Below, piece by piece: positions 33,401 to 47,727 of a DNA stretch of 64,000 nucleotides (within the stretch, counting starts at the first letter, position 1; the number at the start of each line of letters is the position of its first letter). The DNA is from Macrostomum lignano (lineage: Eukaryota): positions 1 to 64,000 of the forward strand of contig NIVC01001573.1 in assembly GCA_002269645.1 (NCBI GenBank), in the 5' to 3' direction. A model generated the notes under the pieces. That model was given only the letters and a program-made list of their open reading frames with translations. It searched no databases and was not told where the DNA came from. A program made the position numbers and the translations under genes.

Positions 33401-34843
33401 AATTGTTCTAGTGAGATCGAGAATCGAACCCCCGACCTCCAAGTCGTGAGTCCGACGCTCTATACTAGTAGGCTACAGCCCCTGTCCACCACTAATGTAA
33501 ACAAATGTATAAAAAGACAACTACTAATATCCTCTCAGCTCGCAGGCAGAACAATCTCCCCCTTGGACTCAAAGATCGGCCAATCACAATCAGCGCCGTC
33601 ATCAAGCCTCACCTGAAGTGGCTCAGTGACGGCGTCAACATCGCCGAAGGTGACCTCGGGCAGCCAGAGCGCGCAGGCCAGGTGGCACCAGGAGTCGGGG
33701 TCGCAGCCAGCCGATTTCATGGCTATGACGTGGCCAAACGAAGCCGCCGACGAAGAGGACGAGGCGTCGTTGGCCGGGCAGAGCAGGCAGTCCGGGCGGC
33801 GGCGGAGGCCTCGGCTGCAGGGCTGGCACAGCCAGGTGCCCTCGGGCACGTCGGTCAGGCCGTAGCAGGCCTGGTGCACCGCGGCGTCGCAGCCGTCGCA
33901 GAAGACGATCTCGTTGTCTGGGCCGGCCTCCGGGCAGAGGCAGGCGCTGCAGGCTACGCTGGAGTCGAACTCGATGCCCAGGCCGGCGGTGCCCCGGAGA
34001 CTGGCCTGGGAGGGGGGGGGGGTTCAGTGTGCAGGCCGCTTAGCAATATTGTCTGGGGCGGGTGGACATGAGACACAATGAGAGACAGACAGCATAAGAC
34101 ACGCAACGCCCACAAGGCATCAACACCAGCTCGCGTACAGTCCTCGACTGCATCGGGCAGCTCAACCGCTAAGGCGCCTCAAACAAGGTGTCCCTAAGGT
34201 AAATTCTTAATTGAGTTGGCTGATCGCCTATTAAGGCTAACTTGACCGGTTCTTTTACTGGTCACCTGTCCATGGCCCTGACCCCCCACCGCCGTTGTCC
34301 CCACTCAAATTAACCTGTGGGTGGCGTCAAAGCGCAGGAAGAGGTGGGCTAACGCCCCCGACTGCCGGCAATCCCGCACGGCTGTCCCCTGTGCTTCCCT
34401 CCGCAGAACCCTGCTTGATCTCAACCGCAAGAACATCAGGACGGTGACCATGGCCCTCTCGGGTCATGGCTGTTTTGTCAGGCATCATCACCTCCAGGGA
34501 AAAATCCGTAGCGAGGAATGCCCATTCTGCCTCTCCGGTGTCGAGAATGCCGAGCACTTCATCTGTGAATGCCCCGCTTTTACTCAGGACAGGCTCACCT
34601 ACCTCGGCCCAAACCCGGACCTTTCCAAAGTTTTCAGACCCGAGAATCTCTGCCAGCTCGTCCGCTACCTAAAGGCTACCGGGCGAGCGACCACCCACCT
34701 CCGGACACCGGCACCACCGGAGCACCAGCTGCCCGTGGTCGCCGGGGGTTAGCGAAATGGGCGGAAACGCCTACCCGCTGTATCCGGATGCCAGGAACCC
34801 CCTGCAGCTGAGTCAAGTAAGTCAGCCAATCAGGCATAAGATG

Positions 34844-34898
<55 letters not shown>

Positions 34899-34914
34899 GG
34901 TCAGACAGACAAAC

Positions 34915-34982
<68 letters not shown>

Positions 34983-36302
34983 GGTCAGACAGACAGACAG
35001 ACAGAAAGAAAGCCGTACCTGAAGCCGGGCATGCGTGGCCACCTCGGCGGCGGTGATGACGGCTTCCAGATGGTCAGGTGACACGCCAGTCAGTCGCATC
35101 CACCTGGCGTCCAGTTCGTCGGAGCAATAGCCAACGGTGGAGCCGTCGCGGATAGCCGCGGGCAGGTCCTCGGAGGCCGGCTCGGTGCGGAGCAGCTGAC
35201 GGGCGGGCAGGCGCCAGCTGGCGGGCTTTCCGGCTGGCGCGGTGGCCGCCTCGCTGCTCAGCGGATTGTCGCCGGGTGACAGCAGGCGAACGGTCGGCTC
35301 CAGCCGGTCCGAGTCGATTGGCACCTGAGGAATGCGGGGTGAGATTGGGGCAGTCCAATCTGGTCAAGTCTGCTATTATGCTGGAAACTTTACTCGCATC
35401 AATACAAAAAGTGACGATTTACTGAAAAACATCACGCTTACTCGTAAAAGAGCCCTTTCTAGGAAATACTGATTTGGCAGAAGCTTCCACTTTGTAATGG
35501 ACAGTTCTTTGAAATCGTAGTTAGACAGACCTGAGAAGACAAACAGACAGACAGACACATAAACAAGGCAAGCAGACAGACAGACACACAAACAAGACAA
35601 GCACACAGTCAGACACACAAACAAGACAAGCAGACAGACAGACACACAAACAAGACAAGCACACAGACAGACACACAAACAAGACAAGCAGACAGACAGA
35701 CACACAAACAAGACAAGCAGACAGACAGACACACAAACAAGACAAGCACACAGACAGACACACAAACAAGACAAGCAGACAGAAACAAACAAGACAAGCA
35801 GACAGACACAAACAAGACAAGCAGACAGAAACAAACAAGACAAGCACACAGACAGACACAAACAAGACAAACAGACAGACAGACACACAAACAGACAGTC
35901 AGACACACAAACATGACAAACAGACAGACAGACAAACAGGCCAGAACAGACAGGCGATAATTTTATCTACTTCATAATCACCTGAACGCCTCGCTGCCAC
36001 TCGTGTCGCCAGGGATCCGTGACCCGCAGCGGCCGCTTACTGGGCAGGCCGGGCTCAGCATCGGGGACGGTCATGCGGCTCACGTAGGCCGCGTCGAAGC
36101 ACTCGGCCAGGGTGGACTGGCTGTCCGCATCGAATTGGCGCCATCGGCGAAGCCGCCTGTGCCAGTCGGAGACCAGACTGTGCTGCTGCTCCCGATGATG
36201 CTTTTTGACTTGATGCGGCTGAGCAGGATGCTGCTGCCGCTGATGCTGATGATTGTTATGCCTGCCAGCAGCCGAGGCGGATGCTCGCAATACTGAAGGC
36301 AT
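30401..36302 (-). CDS. JADE: JADE/PHF15-17/rhinoceros-like PHD-zinc-knuckle-PHD protein (759 aa)
   Basis: Exons 36302-35982, 35324-35019, 34005-33613, 32927-32491, 31766-31637, 31093-30401 join in frame. Motifs [53 protein letters not shown]. Confidence 0.9.
31145..31610. repeat. 32-bp minisatellite (GAGCGGATGTGAGGAGGAGCGGCTCATGAAGG)
   Basis: Near-perfect copies in the last JADE intron. Confidence 0.95.
31975..32415. repeat. About 30-bp AT-rich minisatellite
   Basis: GAATGGGAAAACTTGATTAAAAGGGGATTTT units in a JADE intron. Confidence 0.9.
33165..33475 (-). mobile_element. Same SINE family, copy 2
   Basis: Reverse complement of the 18807-19095 body with a (TTA)n tail. Confidence 0.8.
34120..34830 (+). 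mobile_element. Truncated non-LTR retrotransposon 3' end (I/Loa/R1-like) in a JADE intron
   Basis: LSGHG...HL.G.....CPFC...[11 protein letters not shown] zinc knuckle, and an upstream RNase H-like remnant [15 protein letters not shown]. Confidence 0.75.
34840..35005. repeat. (CAGA)n microsatellite
   Basis: Adjacent to the JADE exon 2 donor. Confidence 0.95.
35520..35945. repeat. CAGA/CAAA compound simple repeat
   Basis: JADE intron 1. Confidence 0.9.
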
Positions 36303-36479
36303 TGAGCAGGGAACTTCCCGCACCAGATTTTATTCAACAGTGTGTGGTTAGGAAGCTGAATTGTAGCATTGACTGACTATTACCGATTGGAGAGTTGCAG
36401 CAATGCAATTCAGATTAAGTGATTGATTAAATTTTTCCTAATAAATCTAACTATTGGGGGTTTTGTTTGATTGACATTT

Positions 36480-36850
36480 GTCAGATCAATGTGTGTGCTA
36501 TAGGAAGTCCTCTTGTCCCAACTGTGGCCAATTGGTTTTTTTTGGCTCACTGGGAGAAAGAATATTTGAATGCATTATTTTTTTACTTACAAAAAATATC
36601 AAGTTTACTGTTGATATTGGAAAGCATAAGAAGCTGGCTTTCTTGGATCATTAAGTTTACCCCAGTGGTGACTTGATTTCTACTAAAGTTTATTGCAAAC
36701 CAAACTATATTGGCCTTGAACAATAATGCTCTTTGTTCAAAGCAGTGAAAACTTGGTCTGATTAAATGCATGCTTCATTGGACTTTGGATTTTTATCATG
36801 AAGTTGAAATGCTCAGTCAAAAAAATTCTTTAATCCCTCTTTAATTGTGT
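36480..36850 (+). pseudogene. Decayed Penelope-like reverse transcriptase fragment
   Basis: Broken frames read IGSPLVPTVANWFF (cf. MGSPLSP.LAN), TKVYCKP (cf. T.VYRKPT) and KLGLIKC. Confidence 0.55.
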
Positions 36851-39639
36851 AAACTTATGTTAATGCTCGCATATTTCAATTTGAAATTTGAAATATGTAA
36901 CACATATTTCAAATGTGTAAAGTAAAGAATTTTTATATTCTGTATCTATGGGTTAATAACTGCATTAAACTATTTAAAATGTACATGGGTGGGTGCCTTG
37001 TGATGTGTATACTACACAATTGTTGGATGTTATTGGAATATGCATTTTATTAGGATAATTATAAGCATAACAGTGTCTTATAACTTAAGCATACATATTA
37101 GGAAACTTTAGTAACTACTATGCAGTGTGCAAGAGGAACAGTGAAAACTTATTCTAATATGTTTTACCAATTAGTTTGTCTGCAAGGCAGATCTTTGGTT
37201 CTATGCTTCCCTTCTTATTTAGCAACCTTAATACCAAAGTCAATAGTTGAGTCATTTTATTTGATGATACACTTACAACAGCAACAAGGAGGCCAGACAA
37301 ATGATACCCTGCAGCTATGGACCAAGCTAGCTTAGACCATGGCCCCTATTGGCAGCAAAGCTAGCAAGTTATTTCTTGACTAGGCTGCATAGCTGTATCA
37401 TTCTAGCAGTAATAATTGTGGTCTACACTTGCATAGGGTGCCATTTTTTATTCCCAGTCTAGGGCAATAGCACATGCCACTAGTAAGGTGATGGACAAAG
37501 AAAAATGCTGCAGGCAGCTACTCCTTGATTGGTGATATGGTGATACAAATAAGTAGAACTAGTAAAGACTGTAATACATCATATATATAGTATACAAGTT
37601 GGCATATAAGCAACTTTATTCTTAGCATAATTTTTTTTATCAATATCAACATACATAGAATAAAAAAACTAGAATTTTCATTCCATTGTATGCCTACCAT
37701 GGTCTAGACTAGGGTTTGCACTGCAGTGCTGATAAATCCCCCGTTCTCTTAACCAGCTTAACTGAACTTGTAAATTAACTGCACTTATAAACTGGATTAA
37801 CCTTTTTAATCATTGATCAATAAGCCTGCCTAGCATTAGCTTAAGTAATTTGCCAGGCAACCAATGACATAAAAATACAAAATTTATTGATTCCAAATAA
37901 GCTCTGAGAAATATCAGTCTATAATACATTAATTATAGTGGTGGTAGCACTATTATAATTATATTAGGAATCAAAGTATATACATATATATTGATTTGTG
38001 TTTAGACCAGAATGAACTATGTCAAACTTATAATTACTTATGACTTGAACTATCTTTTCCCTGGAATTGAAGACCTGGCAAATAGAATAACCCAGTGGAA
38101 TTAATGAGTTCTACACAAAAAAATTAACTTAAATTGTGCAAACTCACATGTAGGCACTAGGTAACAGTTCAAAAGTCTAAACTACCCCAATTTAGAATTT
38201 TGTCTCAAACTGCCCCTATCTTAGAGAGACCACTCCCTGCTAGTTTTCTATTAAAAAGGTCACCATTGAAACTAATATAGTAATTACTTTATTATTTTAA
38301 TATTAGAATAGAATAATGTACACATTTTTGAAAAAAATGTTCACTTAAAATGACCTGCAAGAAGTTATCTACACCCAATGTGCAAGCATTCTTAGCAGTT
38401 ATACACTCTTTTACAAAAAAATGAATCTCCCCAACCCCATATTTTCAAGCAAATTTGGCACAGTTTTGAAAATGTACAAAAATGTACATTGTATACAATG
38501 TTTAACAGTCTATATCCTTGAAATCATATGTCCTAAACATGTAAACTATATGTCATACAGTCATTTTAAAGATCTATTTGTCTATTTTTCAATACATAGC
38601 CATATCTTAATAATTAAAAAGTTAGAGCCATTTAAAGAAGACCACTTTTCACATTTTTTTTGTTTTTGCATACGCTAAAATTAGGCTCACTGGATACCCT
38701 ACCTTAGCAATTACCTTTGTAAGAATTGACATCTTGGCAAATTCCCCCATAAGCCTTGACAGTCACAGTTATCCCCCATCCTATGAACCTTGATATATCA
38801 ATAATCTCTCTGGCCTCCATGAGCCTTGACATCTTAGCAATGCCCCCATAAGCCTTGAAATCTTAACAAATTCCCTATTAGCCTAGAAATCTTTGCAATC
38901 TAATAATTTTTTAATTTTTGCTTTAATGTGTAGTTATATTTCTTTTTTTCCTTTTACATGTATACACAGGGGCATAATCATTAGGAAAGACAAGGGGAGA
39001 CATCATCCCTAATAAAAACTATGGGCCCAAGGAATCAAAGACATGCCAATGCTTTGACTTTATCACCTAGGCCCAAGTAACCCTACCTTATAAACCATTA
39101 ATTATGGTAATCAATAATTTTGCTTTACAACAACAAAACAGCATGTGCAGCATACATTCACAATTCCTTTGATTTACACTGGCCATGCAACTTACTTTTA
39201 GACCAAAAATGTGAGTTACCTATGAAATAAACTGGCAAATATTAATGCAATTTTAGGTAAATGGCAGGAGTAACTATGACTGTCTTATTAGAGATGAATG
39301 CCTTGTCATTTAATTAGAACTATGTTTATTTTTGGGTGAACATTTTTGCAACTTACACTTGGTCCACCACAATTTACATTATTGGTAGAATGGTAGCCAT
39401 GGTAGTGTAATAGGCCGCATTTTATTAGTTTCTAGGAAAATTATATTTTGAAAACATAACTATTGTTTTACTGTACGAATATGTTGAATATTTTTTATAT
39501 ATTGTATATTTTGCATATTACGAATATTATAGTTTGTTTTAAACCATTCTAAAATTTTTGCTATAAAAGGAAGCCCACTAGAGGCTAAGAATAATAAAGT
39601 CTTTGCTCTGCTTTGAGCTCGCGCTTGAATATTACAAGC

Positions 39640-40240
39640 TTAACCAGACAAATTCAGACTGAGTTTAAGAGTTGTTCCAGTATTACTCATTTTCTTTAGT
39701 AGTAGATACCAGTATAGGAATTGCCCCAAGGTTGGGAGTACAATCTGTCCTCAGAGGACAAGATAACCAGATCTAGGATCTGAGAAACCCTAGACTTAGG
39801 AGTCTAGTAACCCACCTATAAAAGGCAGAAATCCTACCACAGGGTAGAGAAATCCAGGCTTAGAGTCTGAGAAACCCGCCTCAGGGCCAAATACCCAGCA
39901 AAGTGCGCTGTGACCCTCTGATCCCGGCAATGCCCGGACTGAGAGAAACCCTCCTAGAGGAGTAAATTGGGGATACATAGAGTTAGAGGATTAGTGCCAG
40001 AAGACCGCTCAGGCCAGTAAAAGTACATACGCTACCAGTAAAAGTACATACGCTACCAATAAGAGTACATATGCTACCAATAGAAGTACATACGCTACTA
40101 GTAAAAAGCAGATAATAACCAGCAATATTAACAAGAAGAAATAACCCCTGTAACAACTTTGGTGTCAGCGGTTGAAATTGTATAGAGAGATGGAGCCCTA
40201 CGGCAACTTTGGTGGCAATAGTGGGATATTATTAATAGAG
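39640..40240 (+). mobile_element. Possible LTR + primer-binding-site remnant
   Basis: TATAAAAG near 39817; TGTAACA followed by TTTGGTGTCAG, and TTTGGTGGCAATAGTGGGAT, resemble a Ty3/Gypsy LTR end and PBS. The left boundary is uncertain. Confidence 0.3.
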
Positions 40241-40456
40241 GCAGAAGTAAGCCCTACGTCAGTAGGTTTGATAAAAAAATAATTAGGCCTATATTAATTA
40301 ATAAAAAATAGTTATATTAATAATTTAAAATTAGGCAGTTGTTATTGTTATTTTGTTACTATGTACATATAGGCCTAAATAGCAAAACTATTACTTTTAT
40401 TGTCATAGGCCTAATAAACCCTAATAATATTAGGCTTAGTTAAGTTAGGCCTAGTA

Positions 40457-40796
40457 GGCTTTTCATGAAGATTGGTTCAAGAACCAGATTAATTCCAATT
40501 CCAAAACCAGAATTGGTAAGAAACTGAAAAGTTTCAAATTTTTCTATTTCTCTCTAATTATTACTTTTCAAGACAAAATATAAAAACATGGCCTTTGCTT
40601 CTAAGGTTGATCACTATTCTCTTTAAAAATGTTATTTCAAAATTTGTCCTGTTGTTTCCAAAGAAATTTTCTCCGACCGAATTCCAGAATCGGATCACGT
40701 TTCTAGAACCGATTCTGAAAACGGAACAGACAATATGAAAAGCGTCGAACGAACCGATTCTTGTTTTGGAATCGGCTGACGGTAATATGAAAAGCC
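40457..40796. mobile_element. Short MITE-like element
   Basis: GGCTTTTCAT...ATGAAAAGCC inverted ends flanked by TA. Confidence 0.35.
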
Positions 40797-42085
40797 TATT
40801 TGAGAGATTTTCTACGAAAGAGAAAGTCCTAGTACCCGACTTTGTTTAGTATAACTAAAACAAAAATATTTTTTCCGTAACTAAATGTACACTCGACTTA
40901 ATGGTATTTTTACTTGTGTTTAGGGTTAAAAAATAAGTCAAGGGTTGAAATAAATAACAGTTATTTCTTAAAAAAAAATTAAAAAATTGTTGGTTGTTTT
41001 TTTATTTTTAGTCTGGTTTGTAAAATTGTTTTTACATTAGCAAAAAATTCTTTGAAACATTTCAAATAATACAAAGTTCTGTCTACGCAAAATAAAAGAA
41101 ATTTGTTTTACTGCTTACGTGCTGGTACGAAACAAATATTGTTTCAAAGAAACAATTATTTTTGAAAATTACACCTTATCGAGAGACGAAAAAAAGGTTT
41201 GTCATTGCTGACCAAAAAAGTTTATGCGGAGTATAATAAGTTAACAACCGATATTGATACTAAAAAGCTTATAGTATTTGTAGAACTACCTAAGTTTTTA
41301 ACTTTAAGCAAAGAAGTTAAGCTCTTTTTTGCAGGCACAGACATACAATGCGTTGGTTTGTTTTCTTTGGATTTTTGCTTGTCTGGGTATCACTTTGTGT
41401 TTGTGTAGACAGAAGCAACTTTAAAACATGTGAACAATCTGGGTAAGTTAAATTGTGTTGTAAATAAACAAGTAAATATTTTGTTTAGAAGAGACCAGTA
41501 AATAATCTTGCCTTAATGGCAGTGTTTATTCCCAGGGTACTGTAGGAATAATTTCTGTCTTATTCCAACGGTACCGTGGGAATAATTTTCTGCTTATCCG
41601 CACGGCACAATGACGAGATAGCTGCCATATCTTCTACATATATATGCTGTACGTGAATAGTTTATAGCTTTTTGAAAGGGAATTTGAATGGAGGATACTA
41701 AGAAGCTGTTGATCTACAAGTAGATCAACACCACGACCAGCGTTTTTTGCATAAAAAGGCCATTAAATCTTTACTTCTATTAAACAAATTGTCAAGCAAA
41801 GTTATGTTGTTATACTGCACTTAAACCGTAAATACTTAACTAAATTATTCCCATGGCATATGTAGAAGATGGGGCAGCTATCTCATTAGTATGCTGTGCC
41901 CTGGATGGAATTCTTGCAGAAAAATCACAACGCGTTATGCGCTTGCAAGAAAAAAAGCGATTTTGCGTCAAAAAATCCGAAAAAAAATGCATTGCAGAAT
42001 TTCAGACAAAATTGCTAATTCTTAATATATGCAAAAGTGCGCTTGAGATATTGCATTTTGTAAAAGATAATCCTACTAGCTAAGA

Positions 42086-44986
42086 CAGGGGCGGGCAAAC
42101 TTTTTAGAGAGTGGGCCAAATAATACTTTCGTTGAATAGCCGCGGGCCGGAGCTTAATAACGAGGCAACTTTCTTGGTAGATAGAAATACAGTTTAGTTT
42201 ATTTGCTTATCAAGCTTTTAATAGTAGGTTTCATTACAATTAGTGAAATACATGTATCATTGAATATGCAGATATTTGCTTTATATAAAGTTGAATTAAC
42301 AAATGAGAAGTTTAAGTAAAAATGACGTTTTAAAAATTACGTAACTGCTTTTACATCCGATGGCAATAACATCAGCGCTGATGAAAAAGTTATTAGTTAC
42401 TTGCTATAGATGATACAGTTGATATTTAATGAAGGAAAATAGTACTAGCAATAGAAAAAATGGACAATAAAAAGTGACATTGACAGGGAATTATAATAGG
42501 AAAGATACAAAAAGAAATACATTGACAAAATGCTCGAACAATGATGGGCAGTGATAGCATGCCGTTAGAGATATTAGTGACAAATTTTGGTTGACAGACA
42601 TGCCCAATCTACAGTCTGTTAGCAGAAATTCAGTCATTCGAACTTAATGAGATGGGTGGTATTGTCTGCCCTGAAGAAGTGCTTCAAAATCCGGCTTGAT
42701 AGACGAAGTAGACAGCAGAAGGATATCATTAAGATGGCGGTCTGAAATCTGGGAACGAAGGCGAGATTTGGTGAAGCTCATTTTGGAAAACAGCTGTTCG
42801 CAGCAATAGGTGCTCCCAAACATGGCCATAATATGTTGAACATGGGCGATGTAGTTTGGAAAGTTGTTGGATGGGAGAACAAGGTCCCAAAAGAAGGCTA
42901 GAGGGGAGGAAGTGCGGAACTTTGCCTTCAGTCCATCGTTGCACTGCAGCTCAACCAACTCCATCTGCAGGGCAGCTGGGGCATCATCCACCAAGCAGTC
43001 AAAGGGAGCAGTGAGGAGCTTGAAGTCCACAGCCAGGCGTCTGACTCCTGCAAAGCGGGAGGCAAACTCCTGCAGAGAAGCCACAACCCCTGCGCAAGTG
43101 ACCAGGTCCACGTCATCTGGGGCACAGGCAGCAAGACGAGGAAAGTGCACAAATGGACCAGCAGTCAGCTGAGCCTCCCACAAGCGTAGCTTGACCTCGA
43201 ATGCAGTGATCTCAGCGTGCATGTCCGTCACAAGAATTTCTTGGCCTTGAAGTTTTATATTGAGGGCATTCAGGTGTGCAGTGACATCAGTCAGCAGGGC
43301 CAGGCGAGCAAGCCATTTTGGGTCAGAAAAGCAGTCCGCATGGGGTAGATTCTTCTGGCGCAAAAATGTGACAATCTCCTGCTGTAGGTCATACACAAGA
43401 AAGCATGGCCCCACGGCTCAGCCAGCGGACTTCGCAGAAGTAGAGCAGGTCTCCATATTGCGTATTCACCTCGTCCACTAGAGTCTGGAACTGGCGATGG
43501 TTGAGGCTGCTAGAGAGGATGGAGTTGACAACTTTCACTACAATCGACATGACATCAGCAAGTTTGGCAGACTTGGCGCACAGGGCCTCCTGATGAATAA
43601 TGCAATGCATCTTTTGTATTGGCTGGGTATGGCCGGCAGCCTCATAGTGATGCACTAGGAGTGATGCGGCGCCTTTCCTCTCTCCAGTCATTGCTGGGGC
43701 ATCATCGGTTGTCATACACACAAGGCGAGAAAGATCAAGTGAGTGCTGCTCAACACACTGAAGCACAGCATCAAAGATGTCCTTGCCAGTGGTGGTGCCA
43801 TGCAGTGGGACAAGCTGCAGAAACTCCTCGTGAATCTTGAGGTCAAAAGTGACTCCTCGGATAAAAATGGCCAGCTGGGCTATATCTTTCATGTCAGTGC
43901 TCTCGTCAAGAGCTAGGGAGAAGGCAACTAGATCAGAGCAGCAGGTCTTCAGCAAGTCGTGCACATTGTCCGACATCTCCTCAATGCGCCGTCGAACAGT
44001 ACGGGATGAGAGGCTCACGCTCTCAAAAGCAGAATGCTGTTCTGGACAGACAGAGTTCACCACAGTCACAAGGCACTCCTTGATAAAGTCCCTATCCGAG
44101 AAAGGCTTCATCTGGCAAGCTAGTAGATGGGAGACCTCGTAGCTTGCACGAGTCACCTTGTCGGCCTCAGTAGTCTGCTTGCGGAAGAGCAAAGTCGTCT
44201 TCTGCAGGTTGCCAGACAGCTTTGTGATAGCTTCTTTCTTCTTATCAGCAGGCATTGAAGCATAGGCTGATGTTTGGTGATTAGTTTCCCAGTGGCGACG
44301 CACATTGAATTCTTTAAGGACGGCCACAATCTTAAAACAGATAAGACACTGCGCTTGGCCAAAGTGCTCAACAAAAAAGTACTTCTCCTGCCAATCAGCT
44401 TTAAAGGCCCGACACTCGAGATCTACTTTTCTCTTTTTAGCAGGTTGAGGTGTAGTAGACATGATTAGATAGATAGATGGAAGGCACACTGTGACACTGA
44501 GGGAAATTTTATTTTAGGGGAACTTTTAGTTAATAGGCACATAAATAAACAGATTCGGGGAGAGGTGGTCTACCAACAGCAGGCTGCAGCCTGCTAAACA
44601 GTGCAGGGGCCAAATCAACTCTTTTCTCTCTGGATAATATAACAATGTCTAAGGCTTGATAGGAAGACTGCTAGAAAGGGGAAGAGAACTTATGGACGTA
44701 CGCCACGTGCCCAGAGGGACAGACAGCCAAATTGAGCTTAAGGTTGGGCACAGCCCATACCTTCGAATCTTAGAATCTGACAATATACTATATAAAGGGA
44801 GAGGGGAATAAGTCTTTGTTTGCTTATTAGAGTCTAGACTCCTTAGTAGAGCCTTAGAATCTGGAAAATCTAGTGCCAGACTTATGCGGGCCGGATTTTA
44901 ATGCAAATGAGAAGCTATGTGGCGGGCCAGAAAATAAAGCCTCGCGGGCCGGATCTGGCCCGCGGGCCGGAGTTTGCCTGCCCTAG
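42086..44986 (-). mobile_element. hAT DNA transposon (Buster/SPIN/Charlie group)
   Basis: TIRs CAGGGGCGGGCAAAC and (reverse complement) CTAGGGCAGGCAAAC match at 12/15. 8-bp TSD AGCTAAGA at 42078-42085 and 44987-44994 with central TA. Confidence 0.9.
42644..44462 (-). pseudogene. hAT transposase, GTF2IRD2/SPIN-like, one frameshift near 43400
   Basis: MSTTPQPAKKRKVDLECRAF, BED-like CLIC...RRHWETNH, ALDES, TTDDAPAM, HCIIHQE, WLSRG, CEQLFS. Confidence 0.88.
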
Positions 44987-46980
44987 AGCTAAGATCACGA
45001 AGAAAAAAAGAATAAAAAGTAAAAACTAAATAAGGCACAAAAGTAAAAATTCGAAAAAATTCCATAAAAAGTAGAAACTCGTAACATTCTCTAACATATG
45101 TATTTGGATGAAAATTCAAATCACTACATTTTCTTAGAATGCATTTTTCATTATTGTCTTTCGTTATTTCGTTATTTTGCAACGTGCTAAGTACCAAAAT
45201 AAAAAATGCGACCAATAAAAAATATTTTGCACGCCATAAAAAAATCGCATAATTCCGTTTGACTTAAGAAATACAAGAATTCCATCCTGGTGCTGTGCGG
45301 ATAAGCAGAAAATTATTCCCATGATACTGTTGGAATAAGCCAGAAATTATTCCTACAGTACCATGGGGATAAGCACTGCTATCTTTAATATGCTAGGATC
45401 AAATAATTGAAAGCAATTCTAGTATGAGGGGCATAATCCAGGATAGAATTCTTGCTCAGGAATAGGAAAACGCACGCACATATTTTTGGAGCAGCACACA
45501 AGCGCGCATGCTAGCTGTAAAAATAAATCATAATGTGGATCATGGCCCATGCAAAAAATGAAATTTCTAGTTTTTCAATTCTATGCTGACATAAATAAAA
45601 AAATTGTTCTCAAAGTACAAAGTAGCTTGAATGCTATAATGTTTTAAATAAAATATTCATTAAAAATTATAAGAGTTTCACAAAACTTTAAAGTAACTCT
45701 GCTAAAAACTATTATTCTTAGTTTTACTTTTGTTTTAAAATTTTCTGGCATAAAAACAACCTTTTGGACTATGAAAAATAGGAAAACTTAAGTGCACATA
45801 TACCAAATAACCATGTTGAATGCATGTAAAAGTCAAATCCTGTCTATGATTCTGTGGCAAACAGCTTCTTGTGCAAGCACATACACCTTTGAGAGTAGGC
45901 TCCATTTCAATATGCAAATGTGTACAAATTTGACAAGCGTGCACAAAGGTGTAACAAAATTTGTGCAAGAATTCCATCACGGGTATAAATGTAATTTCCC
46001 ACATTAAATTATTTTCTAGATTTTTCTAGCATCTTTTTTGCTGGATGTATGGTACCCATGAGTGATAGGCTCTTTCAGGCTCACAAATTGGATATAGCAT
46101 TGTTATCAATGCTAAAGACATTTTGGTGAACTTATGATGTGATACTTAATAATCAGGGGCATAGGGAAAGAGGGTTAGGGGGGATATATCTCCCTAAAGA
46201 GCCTGACCAAAACTTTTTTGTTGCCCTTTATTGCTATACATGCTACTATGTGACTCTGTCATAGCACTTTTATCTTGGTGTATCCCCTCCCCTATAAGAA
46301 ATTCCTGGCTATGCCCCTGTTAATAATCTGCAATACTTCTCTATAATATGTTAAAAATAATGTATTACAATTTTACAAAAAATAATTTAATATGAGGAAA
46401 ATTTATGCTGTGTTAAGATTGTATATTAGTATTAGTATATACTAGAACAAAATTTGGACTTCTTCAAGTTTATGTTAATAAAATACTTCCAACTTTCCAA
46501 TTTTTTTGAAACTTTCACCTGACACTTAAAGGATGTTCATAAGGGAAAATGATAAAAAAAGAAAAAAAATACCTTCAATGATGATGCAACCTTATTCCTT
46601 AATTTGTTAATTTTGTTAATCTCTTTATAGTGTCAATTAGAATTCAATAAAAATTGTTTTGATTAATATTGTATCTAAAATTAACATTTTTTAGAAATAA
46701 AAAGATTAAGTTAATGTATTATGTAAGTGTAAAATTAAGAAATTCCTAATAATATTAAAAATTTTCAACTTGTAATATATAGTGAATAAAAATGATTTTA
46801 TCAAATTTGATGTTGAGTTTTGTAAAAAATAAAAAAAATTGCTGTCATAGTTCCCTTTTTAAAATTTGCCATATCCATGATGCACTGCTATGCTCATCTC
46901 CTAGACCATATTTTGATTTATTTATATTTTGTCATTGTGTTCTATATTAATACTTCTTGCCAAATGATTATATAAGTAAT

Positions 46981-47727
46981 AGTGTTCCACCACTTCCATT
47001 CTCATCTGGCCCACAACCATATAAGCTAGTGTTCCACTGTAAGGAGGGTCCATGTACCGTAGCCATAGCCATAAACAAAACTATAACTTATTCCAATTTT
47101 CCATATTCTGTAGCTGCAGGGACCCCAATATTACCATATTCCTGTAGTTCCCATAGCCATAGCTGTAGTTTTAACAAAAAGTCTAGAAAACAAAATATTT
47201 TGAATCAATAAGATAACCTAGTGCTTTAACAACTGCAAATTAAGTTAGAAAATAAAAGAAGCACTCGATTGCCTTTGTAAGATTATATTTCATCTTTTTT
47301 CAGAGCAACAATACTTAATCCTTACTGAAAGTACTAATGCTAAACTTTTTCATATTAATAAAAATTAGAGTTTGCTAGTGTTTTATTGTACTTTTTTATG
47401 TTATTTTAAAAGTTTCTAGTTGATAATACAGTTTACTAAAAGTAGCTTTGTTTTACTCTACCTGTTTCTAATATTCTCAATTTTTTAACATTAATAACTA
47501 CGGCTACGGGAATCATATAGAATAGATATATAGATATAAATATATATAGATATATGTATAGAATCGATAGAATTCATATAGAATGTGACAACAACTACCA
47601 TATTTCCATAGTCGTAGCCATAAGATCAGCTAGCTATCGTAGGCATATCCATAGCTGCTGTAAGCACCTATTTTACCATACTTGCCATAGGATCCCGTAG
47701 CCATAGCTACGGCTACAGCAGAACACT
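46981..47727. mobile_element. MITE, possibly Harbinger-like
   Basis: AGTGTTC...GAACACT ends, AAT on both flanks, internal GTAGCC/GGCTAC motif arrays. Confidence 0.45.

Larger units (their letters stand above)
41520..45378. mobile_element. Non-autonomous TIR element (about 950 bp without the nested hAT)
   Basis: About 89-bp inverted repeats at 41520-41608 and 45290-45378 beginning CAGTG/ending CACTG; no TSD found. Confidence 0.7.

Noticed and set aside
18382-36302. Trans-spliced operon of four co-oriented minus-strand genes
   Set aside because: The acceptor upstream of the ARMC5-like ATG (28228) has a matching GTAAGT donor near 28709, i.e. an ordinary 5'-UTR intron. The genes are kilobases apart.
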